From Parcubacteria group bacterium GW2011_GWA2_42_14 (GTDB taxonomy: Bacteria > Patescibacteriota > Minisyncoccia > Sungbacterales > GWA2-42-14): a stretch of DNA of 64,000 nt. A program made the translations under genes and the position numbers. The DNA is taken from assembly GCA_000998135.1 (NCBI GenBank), contig LCCV01000003.1, forward strand, positions 6,392 to 70,391, read 5' to 3'. Shown here piece by piece: positions 17,796 through 26,535 of this stretch; position 1 is the first letter of the stretch, and the number at the start of each line of letters is the position of its first letter. The notes under the pieces were generated by a model that saw only the letters and a list, made by a program, of their open reading frames with translations, was not told where the DNA came from and did no database searches.

Positions 17796-17892
17796 GTGAA
17801 TTAAGCGAGTTAAGCAGGTTAAGCCCGTATGAACTATCGGCTTAATTTATTTAATTCACTTAACTCGCTTAATAAGCACAGTTAAGTGAGTA
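17790..17892. repeat. Inverted 9-mer arrays (TTAAG-core then CTTAA-core)
   Basis: TTAAGTGAA TTAAGCGAG TTAAGCAGG ... CTTAACTCG CTTAA. Confidence 0.75.
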
Positions 17893-18581
17893 ATCTATCA
17901 CTATTTGAAGAAAAATTTTCTATAAAATTTAATAGCACTGATTTACTTAAACAGGCACTGACGCATCGTTCATATTTGAACGAAAATCCTTCTTCGGTTT
18001 TGGGGCATAATGAGCGTTTGGAATTTTTGGGGGACGCGGTTTTGGAATTGGTGGTAACGGAGAATCTTTATCAAAAATTCCCGGAAAAGCCGGAAGGAGA
18101 ACTTACCAGTTTCCGGGCCGCTTTGGTTAATTCAAAAATGCTTGCCGATGTTGCGGTGGAAATAGATATCAATGATTTTTTGCTTCTTTCCAGGGGCGAA
18201 GCCAAAGACATGGGCAGAGCCAGACAATATATTTTAGCTAACGCTTTTGAGGCCCTGATAGGAGCGATTTATTTGGACCAGGGGTATGATACGGTCAAGA
18301 ATTTTATAAACAATGTTTTGATAACAAGATGGCTTGGAGATGTTCTTCAAAATAAGCTTTATAAAGACCCCAAGTCCCTTTTTCAAGAAGAAGCGCAGGA
18401 AAGAGTGGGGATTACTCCTACTTATAATGTTCTTCGCGAATGGGGGCCGGACCATGACAAGCATTTCGTCGTTGGCGTTTTTTTGGGCAGAGAATTGGTT
18501 GCCGAAGGCGAGGGTCCGTCAAAACAAGCGGGACAGGAAGAGGCGGCGAGATTGGGGCTCAAGGCCAAAGGATGGGGATAA
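17886..18581 (+). CDS. rnc: Ribonuclease III
   Basis: ALTHRSY, NERLEFLGDAVL, FEALIGAIYLD, dsRBD. Confidence 0.97.
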   Translation: MSNLSLFEEKFSIKFNSTDLLKQALTHRSYLNENPSSVLGHNERLEFLGDAVLELVVTENLYQKFPEKPEGELTSFRAALVNSKMLADVAVEIDINDFLLLSRGEAKDMGRARQYILANAFEALIGAIYLDQGYDTVKNFINNVLITRWLGDVLQNKLYKDPKSLFQEEAQERVGITPTYNVLREWGPDHDKHFVVGVFLGRELVAEGEGPSKQAGQEEAARLGLKAKGWG

Positions 18582-18584
18582 TTT

Positions 18585-18650
18585 AACCAACAACTGACAA
18601 CTAATAACCGACAACGCGCTGTTGTGAGTTGTTAGTTGTAAGTTATAAGT
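18585..18650. repeat. Inverted heptamer arrays (ACAACYR / GTTGTRA)
   Basis: Same family at 40190-40260. Confidence 0.75.
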
Positions 18651-18730
18651 AACCAACGGAATGTGGGTTGCTTTTTTATTTATGGCGTGCTACTTCTTAA
18701 ATAAAGTTCATTGAAAATACGGAGGTTTTT

Positions 18731-20653
18731 GTGCCAGATAAGAACGGTGGCACTCGTCCTAAAACAAACATATTAATCTGGTTTATAATCGGTTTTTTGG
18801 CTTTTATGTTTTTTCAGATTATTAGCGGGGTAAAGGATACGTCTCCCCCCTTGCTTGATTATTCTTCGTTTAAGCGGGAGACGGAAAAAGGCAATGTCGC
18901 GATTGTGATTTTTTCCAGACACCGCGAGTCGCTTATTGTTGATTTAAAAACAGCGATTGAGATTGATAGCAGTATAAATCCTAATAAAAAAAAGAGCGAG
19001 AAACTGCCGTTTGTATCCCAGCGTTTTATTGTCCATATTTCCAAAGAGAATATTTCTCAGCTTGTTAAAGAATTGGAAGAAAAAAAGGTCAGGGTAATTT
19101 TTGATGAAGCGCCTAATCCGGATGATTCCTTTTGGAGCGGAATTATCAGCTCTTTAATTTGGATGGGTTTAATGCTTGCTATCTTTATTTGGGTTATGCG
19201 CAGAATGCGGGGTGGCGCCGGCGGAAGCAACAATCCTTTTTCATTCGGTAAGAATAAAGCCAAATTGGTTACGGAAGCTGATGCCAAAAAAGTTACTTTT
19301 AAGGATATTGCCGGTTGCGATGAGGCCAAAGAAGAACTTCGGGAAATTGTTGAATTTTTGAAAGACCCGCTTCGGTTTAATAAGCTCGGCGGGCATATTC
19401 CCAAGGGTGTTCTTCTTGTCGGTTCCCCCGGAACCGGGAAAACACTTCTTGCCAAAGCGGTTGCCGGAGAAGCTGGCGTTCCATTCTATACCATTTCCGG
19501 TTCTGACTTTGTGGAAATGTTTGTCGGCGTGGGCGCGTCCCGTGTCAGAGATCTTTTTGAGCAGGCAAAAAAACATGCTCCCTGTATTATTTTCATGGAT
19601 GAGATTGACGCGGTTGGCCGCCATCGCGGAGCAGGCATTGGCGGTGGGCATGATGAGCGGGAGCAGACATTAAACCAGCTTTTGGTTGAAATGGATGGAT
19701 TTGGTACGGATTCAAGCGTTATAATGGTGGCCGCGACCAACAGGCCTGATATTCTTGATCCCGCGCTTCTTCGTCCCGGAAGATTTGACAGGCAGGTTGT
19801 AGTTCCGCGCCCCGACCTTAGAGGACGTCTGGAAATTCTTAAGGTTCATATCAAGGGCAAGCCCATGGATGAATCGGTTGACTTAACAATGATTGCGCGC
19901 GGTACTCCGGGATTTTCGGGAGCCGACCTTGCCAATCTTTTGAATGAAGCCGCGCTTTTGGCATCCCGTCAAAATAAGGAAAAGATTGAACCGGTTGATC
20001 TTGATAAAGCGCTTGATAAAATCTTAATGGGTACGGAGCGGAAAAGCGCGATTATTCCCGAACATGAACGGCGAATTACGGCTTGGCATGAAGCCGGGCA
20101 CGCTGTTGTTGTTCACGAACTTTATTTGGAGGATACTTATAATTCAGACCCGCTTCATAAAGTAACCATTATTCCGAGAGGCGAGGCGGGCGGATTAACA
20201 CAGCAGCTTCCCCACGAGGACAGGCATTATTATTCAATGAAGTATTTAAAGAACCGGCTTGCTGTTCTTATGGGCGGCCGGGTAGCGGAAGAAATTAAAT
20301 TCAAGGATAAGTCAACGGGCGCCGGGAACGATATCGGGGTGGCGACGGAGCTTTCGAGAAAGATGGTTTGCGAATGGGGCATGAGCGATAAATTAGGACC
20401 GATAACTTTCGGCAAAAAACAGGAATTGGTCTTTTTAGGCAGAGAAGTGGGCCGGGAACAGAATTACAGCCATGAAGTCGCCAAAGCCATTGATGAAGAA
20501 ATAAAGTTTTTTATTACTGAAGCGTATCAGAGAGCCGGTAAAGTTATTTCTGAAAAATGGACCGAACTTGAACGTTTGGCCGCAAAGCTTTTGGAGGCGG
20601 AAACATTAACAGGAGAAGAAGTTAAAGCAATTTTAGAAAGCAACCCCGTATAA
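18731..20653 (+). CDS. ftsH: ATP-dependent zinc metalloprotease FtsH
   Basis: Two TM helices, [23 protein letters not shown]. Confidence 0.97.
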   Translation: MPDKNGGTRPKTNILIWFIIGFLAFMFFQIISGVKDTSPPLLDYSSFKRETEKGNVAIVIFSRHRESLIVDLKTAIEIDSSINPNKKKSEKLPFVSQRFIVHISKENISQLVKELEEKKVRVIFDEAPNPDDSFWSGIISSLIWMGLMLAIFIWVMRRMRGGAGGSNNPFSFGKNKAKLVTEADAKKVTFKDIAGCDEAKEELREIVEFLKDPLRFNKLGGHIPKGVLLVGSPGTGKTLLAKAVAGEAGVPFYTISGSDFVEMFVGVGASRVRDLFEQAKKHAPCIIFMDEIDAVGRHRGAGIGGGHDEREQTLNQLLVEMDGFGTDSSVIMVAATNRPDILDPALLRPGRFDRQVVVPRPDLRGRLEILKVHIKGKPMDESVDLTMIARGTPGFSGADLANLLNEAALLASRQNKEKIEPVDLDKALDKILMGTERKSAIIPEHERRITAWHEAGHAVVVHELYLEDTYNSDPLHKVTIIPRGEAGGLTQQLPHEDRHYYSMKYLKNRLAVLMGGRVAEEIKFKDKSTGAGNDIGVATELSRKMVCEWGMSDKLGPITFGKKQELVFLGREVGREQNYSHEVAKAIDEEIKFFITEAYQRAGKVISEKWTELERLAAKLLEAETLTGEEVKAILESNPV

Positions 20654-20728
20654 TTATGGGGTTTTTCTTTTTGATTACCGCTTGCCTGTGAGGGCGAAAA
20701 ATGATAGTTTTATTTAAGATACGTTTAT

Positions 20729-20808
20729 AAAACATGAAACATGTAACATGGAACATAGCCTTTTTAGTCAATGATTCATGATTCATGATTCATGATTCAT
20801 GATTCATG
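20729..20808. repeat. Heptamer arrays AACATGN then (ATGATTC)x5 running into the smc start codon
   Basis: Seen directly. Confidence 0.85.
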
Positions 20809-23001
20809 AAGTTAAAGCGTTTAGAACTTTCTGGTTTCAAGTCGTTCGCCCGAACGACTGTTTTGGAATTTCCGGTTTCCACAACCGCCATTGTCGGTCC
20901 GAACGGCTCGGGAAAATCAAATGTGTCGGAAGGAATACGTTGGGTATTGGGAGAGCAGTCAATGAAGTCGCTTCGCGGAAAAAGGGGGGAAGATTTGATT
21001 TGGAACGGTTCTCCGACTCTTCCGCGTATGGGCAAGGGTCAGGTTACCCTTATTTTTGACAATAAGGATGGGAAAATTTCATTGGATTTTGATGAGGTTT
21101 CTATTGGACGAAAGATTTTTCGCGATGGAATTAACGAATATTATTTGAATGATTCGCAAGTGCGCCTTAAGGATGTTGTGGAACTGATCGCTCGCATGGG
21201 TCTTGGCGAAATAAAACATAATATGATCGGACAAGGCGAGGTTGACAGGATTTTGCTTTCCACGCCGCGAGAACGCCGGGAATTGATTGAAGAAGCAATC
21301 GGCCTTAAGGTTTACCAGATAAAAAAAGCGGAAGCAGAAAGAAAACTCGGCGCTTCCAAAGAAAATTTAAAGGATGTTGAATCGTTAATACGCGAATTGA
21401 CCCCGCATTTGAAATTTTTAAAAGAGCAGGCTAAAAAAGCTGAGTCGCGCCAGCTCGTTTCGCGGGAATTGAACGCGCTTCAGAAATATTATTTTCAGAA
21501 AGGTTTTGAGGAAATGAGCTCGCTTTTCAAGAAATTTGAAGCGGAGCGCTCTCCTTACGAGAAAAAAATAAAGGCGATTGAAGAAGAAATTCAGGAGATG
21601 TTCCAGAAAATACGCTCCCTTGAAGGAAAATCAAAAGATAACGAAGAAGTAAGGGAATTGCGTTCCAGAATTTCCCAATTGGAAAAGGAAGAGCGTGATT
21701 TATCGCGCGACCTCGGCCGGATCGAGGGCAGGATTGAAGCGGAAAAGGCCAAGCCCAAAACCGTAACTAGGATAATTGACCTTGGTTATGTGAAAGAAGC
21801 GGTTTTGCGTTTTATCGTCTTTTTGGAGGAATCGGAAAAAGATAATGAGCTGGAATCGCTTCGAAGAAGGGTGGCCAATCTTAAAGATAATATCGGCAGA
21901 TTTCTTAAGGATTTGGAAAAGGGTTCGGTTGAGGAGGAGCGGAAAATTGAAAGCGAGATTGAAGAATTGTCCGCACGTGAGCAAAAATTGCAGGGTGAAA
22001 TGGAAAAAATCAGCCAGGGTTTGCTCTCTGCCAAAGACGCGCTTTACGGCAAAGAAAGGGATTACGCGTCGCTCCAGCAGGAGTTAAGGCAGTCGGATAA
22101 GCTGATTCGCGACAAAGAAGAAGAAAAAACCATGCTTCGCGAGTCCTTAAACCGCACCGCCTTTGAGGAAGAAAAAGTCATGCTTAAACAGGAGGAGCTG
22201 GAAAAAGAACTCGTATTTCTAGGATTAACCCATGAGGATATTGGCGGAGAGCTCGACCCGGCCATAAGCTATGAAAATTTGCAGGAAGCGCGCCGTCGCA
22301 TTGAAAGATTGAGAGCGCGCCTTGAAGAAATCGGGGGAATTGACGAATCCGTTGTTAAGGAATATCAGGAAACCGAAGCGCGTTATACTTTTTTGCAGAA
22401 AGAAAATGAAGACATTAAAAAGGCCATTGATTCAACCGAAGAATTGCTTGAAACCCTTGAAAAAACATTGAAAGAAAATTTTCATGAAGGTTTTTCAAAA
22501 ATCAGGGATGAATTTCACAATTATTTCCGGGTCATCTTCGGAGGGGGCGGAGCAAAATTGAAATTGGTTGAATACGGAAGGAAGAAGTCCGCCGAAGAAT
22601 TGCAGGAGTTGGAAGAGCTGGGAGAAGAAATAGAAGAGCCGTATGAAGGAATTGATATTGAAGTTGATTTGCCCAAAAAACGAATTAAATCCCTGGCTAT
22701 GCTTTCGGGTGGCGAGCGCTCCCTTTGTTCCATCGCTTTTCTTTTTGCCGTAACCGCGGTAAATCCGCCGCCATTTTTATTTTTGGATGAAACGGACGCG
22801 GCTCTGGACGAAGCCAATTCCAAAAGATACGCCGAAATTTTAAGGGAATTGTCCAAAAAAACCCAGCTTATTATCGTTACTCATAACCGCGAAACCATGC
22901 GCGTGGCCGGGGTTTTGTACGGCATTACCATGGGAGATGACGCGGTATCTAAGCTCCTTTCACTCAAACTTGAAGAAGCCGAGGTTTATACAAATAGATA
23001 A
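20806..23001 (+). CDS. smc: SMC family ATPase (short, 731 aa)
   Basis: GFKSF, GPNGSGKSN, LSGGE, FLDETDAALDEAN, VTHN. Confidence 0.92.
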   Translation: MKLKRLELSGFKSFARTTVLEFPVSTTAIVGPNGSGKSNVSEGIRWVLGEQSMKSLRGKRGEDLIWNGSPTLPRMGKGQVTLIFDNKDGKISLDFDEVSIGRKIFRDGINEYYLNDSQVRLKDVVELIARMGLGEIKHNMIGQGEVDRILLSTPRERRELIEEAIGLKVYQIKKAEAERKLGASKENLKDVESLIRELTPHLKFLKEQAKKAESRQLVSRELNALQKYYFQKGFEEMSSLFKKFEAERSPYEKKIKAIEEEIQEMFQKIRSLEGKSKDNEEVRELRSRISQLEKEERDLSRDLGRIEGRIEAEKAKPKTVTRIIDLGYVKEAVLRFIVFLEESEKDNELESLRRRVANLKDNIGRFLKDLEKGSVEEERKIESEIEELSAREQKLQGEMEKISQGLLSAKDALYGKERDYASLQQELRQSDKLIRDKEEEKTMLRESLNRTAFEEEKVMLKQEELEKELVFLGLTHEDIGGELDPAISYENLQEARRRIERLRARLEEIGGIDESVVKEYQETEARYTFLQKENEDIKKAIDSTEELLETLEKTLKENFHEGFSKIRDEFHNYFRVIFGGGGAKLKLVEYGRKKSAEELQELEELGEEIEEPYEGIDIEVDLPKKRIKSLAMLSGGERSLCSIAFLFAVTAVNPPPFLFLDETDAALDEANSKRYAEILRELSKKTQLIIVTHNRETMRVAGVLYGITMGDDAVSKLLSLKLEEAEVYTNR

Positions 23002-23004
23002 CAT

Positions 23005-23033
23005 TTGACTAAATTATTAAAGTATGATATAAT
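23005..23033 (+). promoter_or_regulatory. Sigma70 promoter TTGACT-17-TATAAT
   Basis: Near-consensus hexamers upstream of the 23061 ORF. Confidence 0.65.
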
Positions 23034-23060
23034 TAAAATAATAACTACCCGGCCTGAAAA

Positions 23061-23636
23061 ATGGCCAAAAAGGAGGACCTTGACATGCTTAAGAAGATTT
23101 TTGGAATTACTCTGTTCATCGTTTCAATGTTGTTTGTCAGTTTCCCCGCGTTTGTTGTTGCGGGGGCTCCCAAGGCAAAGTTTTTTGTTGTTCCGGTGAC
23201 TGGTGTGGAAGTTCCTTTCCTGGATGTTATGTCGGATCGTTCCTTTGTCGGCGAAGGCCACTTTGCGGCTAACGGGATGCCGGTTCTTTCTGTGGTTGAA
23301 GCGTATTTTGTCACGATTGACCTGTTGCTTCCGGGAAGAGAGCGTGTTGAAGATCCGGAAACGAAGAATTTACGGCCGCATCTGATTGAATTGCGGCTTG
23401 GCGGTCTTCCCGTCTTTACTCACCAACTGCCGATTTTGGCAATTGTGTGGGACGCGTCCGGCAAGGGGAACGCCGAGTATCTTGCCGTCGCCAAGTATTC
23501 CGAGGGTGAGGAACCGCGGTTTCTCGGATGGGCGACTTACGCCATCAAGGGAGTTAAAGGAGAAACGCTCCCGATGACGAAAGTCGGTTTTCGGGAAATC
23601 ATTTTTCTCGTACCGGTCGGTATCGAAGGAAGTTAG
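23061..23636 (+). CDS. Hypothetical secreted or membrane protein
   Basis: AGGAGG RBS before the internal ATG (MLKKIFG), signal-like N-terminus. Confidence 0.65.
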   Translation: MAKKEDLDMLKKIFGITLFIVSMLFVSFPAFVVAGAPKAKFFVVPVTGVEVPFLDVMSDRSFVGEGHFAANGMPVLSVVEAYFVTIDLLLPGRERVEDPETKNLRPHLIELRLGGLPVFTHQLPILAIVWDASGKGNAEYLAVAKYSEGEEPRFLGWATYAIKGVKGETLPMTKVGFREIIFLVPVGIEGS

Positions 23637-23749
23637 GCCGTTTAACTCCGTACCCAAACGGGTCGGAAGGGCGTCTCTTAACGGGACGCTCTTTACTTTT
23701 TACGCGGAAGTTAAAATTTTTTATATTTTATACTTTCAATTACGAAACT

Positions 23750-23855
23750 ATCAGTATCAGCGTATTGTCGGCGTACTTTATCGGCGTTTTATCAGCTTCT
23801 ATGGAAAATAGAAGCAGATTTGACGCTGATTAGTACGCTGATACCTCGCTGAAAC
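23750..23855. repeat. GxxExxY-type repeat arms joined tail-to-head without a gene
   Basis: TCAGCG/TCGGCG array ending TATCAGCTTCT, 9-nt spacer, AGAAGCAGAT plus CGCTGA array. Confidence 0.75.
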
Positions 23856-23870
23856 TGTATTTCGTATTCT

Positions 23871-24278
23871 TTGATAATCGCGGCGGTTTTGCTGGTTCCT
23901 GTTTTGGTTTTTGCGGCTGAACCGTCAGTTGATTCTCATCCGATTCTCAAGGAAACAAATTGGACATTGGTAAGCCGTTCCACAGACTTTCGAGATGATA
24001 TTGTTATGGAAGGATATGAAAATAAAGACAGAAGCTATCTGATGCTTGTTGATACTTATTTGGGAGAAGAAGTCATCAGGCGGTATTTTGTGAGAAAGGA
24101 TTCAAAGATGGTTCTAGCTATACAACAAGTAAAAATTCAAGATGAGTGGCGCATCATAACTAATGCCTACTTTGATTTTGAGAAAATACGTGATGAGTCC
24201 GGCAAGCTAAGTGCTATCGTCATTATCGTTAAAGATAATACGAGAGAATTTTTCCGGCGGGAAGTGAAGAGAAAATAA
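23871..24278 (+). CDS. Secreted protein of a three-member paralog family; 5' end possibly lost
   Basis: SLIIAAVLL...DSHPIL...RREVKRK shared with the 24922 and 34561 ORFs. Confidence 0.65.
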   Translation: MIIAAVLLVPVLVFAAEPSVDSHPILKETNWTLVSRSTDFRDDIVMEGYENKDRSYLMLVDTYLGEEVIRRYFVRKDSKMVLAIQQVKIQDEWRIITNAYFDFEKIRDESGKLSAIVIIVKDNTREFFRREVKRK

Positions 24279-24307
24279 AAAATTGAAGCGCCGTATTACG
24301 GCGCTTT

Positions 24308-24568
24308 TTAGTATCCTACCTGGCGGTGTTGGACATGAGTGATGAAAATGAAAGACGGTTTGCGGAAGATAAATTTTATTCTATAGTCGCCGACCCGCAG
24401 TCGGAATTCTTCGTATTCTTTTCCTCCGAGCTTAATGACTTTTTGGTGTTGCAGGGGGTGGCTAAACCGGCATAATTCTTGGAGCTTCTCAATAATACGC
24501 CCCTGCTCTTTCAGAGGAATGCGCGATAATTCTTTTTCAGCAGCGGGATGAAGAAAGTATTTAAGCAT
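24308..24568 (-). CDS. RelE/ParE family toxin
   Basis: AEKELSRI...FRLRVGDYRIKF...VQHRQVGY. Confidence 0.88.
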   Translation of the reverse strand: MLKYFLHPAAEKELSRIPLKEQGRIIEKLQELCRFSHPLQHQKVIKLGGKEYEEFRLRVGDYRIKFIFRKPSFIFITHVQHRQVGY

Positions 24569-24812
24569 AAGGTTGTTTGGAAAGATTCAGCCGTTTTTTT
24601 AATCGTCGTTCAACTTCTTCTGCCGGTATCCAGGTTTTTTTTCGGTCCGAGTTTTTAACGCGTTTTTCCGTCTCTTTGGAAATTTCAGGATTGGAAAGTT
24701 CAATAAAATCAACAAGGTTTTCCAGCGTTTCTTTAGAAACGATTTCCGGCGGGGCGAGCACTCCGCGAAGATTTTTTTCGTCAATAATTGTAATTGTTGA
24801 TGATTTATCCAT
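24561..24812 (-). CDS. Probable antitoxin
   Basis: Overlaps the toxin start; acidic centre, WIPAEEV C-terminus; start set to ATG 24812. Confidence 0.7.
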   Translation of the reverse strand: MDKSSTITIIDEKNLRGVLAPPEIVSKETLENLVDFIELSNPEISKETEKRVKNSDRKKTWIPAEEVERRLKKRLNLSKQPYA

Positions 24813-24921
24813 GATATAACTACGATAGCATGGCGAGCATATAATAGTCAATAATTTATTGGCAACCGTATTTTGAATATGATACATATTTTAACACAGC
24901 ATGAAGAAGGTGGGGAGCAAA

Positions 24922-25380
24922 ATGAAAAAGCTTTGTTCTTTGATAATTGCCGCGGTTTTGCTGGTTCATGGCTTTGTTTGGGCGGGCGAGCCGGCTGTTG
25001 ATTCTCACCCGATTTTGAGCGAAAAGAATTGGATTTATTCTGATTCAGATATGTTTTATCTAGAAGACCTGAACGGCGATAAGGTTTTATTTTCTGAAGT
25101 CAAGTTTTATCGCGCTAATAACGGCAGTTATTTAAGTGGTGTTCATTATATTTTTGGAGAAGAGGTGATTAGAGGATATGGCGTTCGTGACACGAATGCT
25201 GATAAGTTGCTTGGGCATTGGGTTCAGGTTGAGAAAGACGGCCAATGGTATACATCTTCGGTTGAGGAAGTGAATTTGGAAGTTGTAGTTGATGCTTCCG
25301 GCAAAATTGTTGCCGCGGTTTTGGTCCTTCAGGACAAAAATGGCAACGAAATCGTCCGGCGGGAAGTAAAAAGAAAGTAA
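24922..25380 (+). CDS. Secreted protein, paralog family member
   Basis: GGAG RBS, signal peptide MKKLCSLII..., ends RREVKRK. Confidence 0.75.
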   Translation: MKKLCSLIIAAVLLVHGFVWAGEPAVDSHPILSEKNWIYSDSDMFYLEDLNGDKVLFSEVKFYRANNGSYLSGVHYIFGEEVIRGYGVRDTNADKLLGHWVQVEKDGQWYTSSVEEVNLEVVVDASGKIVAAVLVLQDKNGNEIVRREVKRK

Positions 25381-25446
25381 TATAAAGTAGGGCGCCGATT
25401 TTCGGCGCTTTTTGTTTTTTAAGGTCATAGTGTATAATCAAAGTAT

Positions 25447-26061
25447 ATGAGAAAAAAAGTGTTTCCAATTTTTTCTATTGCCGCTATAATTTTGGTTTTT
25501 GTTTTAAATAGCGCGTCAGCTTATATTGCCAAAATTGGCAATCATTATGGCGAGGTTGGTGATTTGCAGTATTCTATTGAATAGCTTGAACCAAAAGGGA
25601 TAACGACTGCGGATAGTTTGGGCATTACATTCGATCCTTTTGATTTTGGTTGGTCTTTTTTGCCGACTGTTTTGCCGTCAAAGTATTTCGGCGACTACCC
25701 GCTTTATTTTACCGGTGAAACCATGAATTTTAAAGTCCATATAAAAAATACCGGAAAGCGTACTTTTAGGAATCTTAAAATTATTGCCATTCAGGAATTT
25801 TTAAATCCTGACGGCGGTAAAGGAGAAAATATCGGAAGCGGTAATATGCAGGACTGGTTTTTATCGTATCTCGGCCCGGGCGAAGAAGTTACGCTTGACG
25901 GCGTTTTTGAAATTCCCTTGGTCGGCGAATCTGGTCTTGACCAGACGCATTTGCAGATTTTGCATTATCCCGATGATGCTTTAGCCAGTGATAAGGGCGC
26001 TGGACAGATAATTGTTGATGATTTTCAGGCAGGAATTTGGTGTCCAGTTTCCGTGAATTAA
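25447..26061 (+). pseudogene. Secreted Ig-like/CARDB-like protein interrupted by an in-frame TAG at 25582
   Basis: Signal peptide from ATG 25447 is in frame with the 25618-26061 ORF; KVHIKNTG...LGPGEEVTL. Confidence 0.7.
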
Positions 26062-26141
26062 GAATTATGATTATGTCGGTGGAAAAACCACCGATTTTTA
26101 TTCTTGACTTCTTGTAGACATTGGAGTAATCTTGGAAAAGT

Positions 26142-26450
26142 ATGCTAATGCTTAAATTTCAACGTGTTGGGCGGACTAATGACCCGGCTTTCAGGATTGT
26201 GGTTACGGAAAAGAAGTCAAAGCCGAAATCGGGAGAACATGAGATTCTAGGGTCATTTCATCCCAAAACCAAAGCAACGAACCTGAAAAAGGAAAGGATT
26301 TTGTATTGGCTTTCGGTTGGGGCAAAAGCTACCCCGAGAGTGCATAATCTTTTGGTTTCAAATAAAGTGGTTGAAGGGAAGAAAATACCGATAAAAATAA
26401 AATCCCAAATCCCAAATCCCAAATCCCAAACAAATCCCAAATCAGAATGA
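26142..26450 (+). CDS. rpsP: 30S ribosomal protein S16
   Basis: LKFQRVGR..DPAFRIVV...ILGSFHP...YWLSVGAKAT. Confidence 0.96.
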   Translation: MLMLKFQRVGRTNDPAFRIVVTEKKSKPKSGEHEILGSFHPKTKATNLKKERILYWLSVGAKATPRVHNLLVSNKVVEGKKIPIKIKSQIPNPKSQTNPKSE

Positions 26451-26535
26451 CCAAAATTCAAAACACGTGTTTTGGATTTTGAATTTGGAAATTTGATATT
26501 ATTTGGAATTTGGTGCTTGGTGCTTGGAATTTAGT
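26395..26535. repeat. Inverted heptamer arrays (AATCCCA)n / (TTGGDRY)n
   Basis: Overlaps the rpsP 3' end. Confidence 0.85.

Noticed and set aside
25582-25584. Genome-wide stop codon reassignment
   Set aside because: TAG, TGA and TAA all end conserved genes at the expected positions
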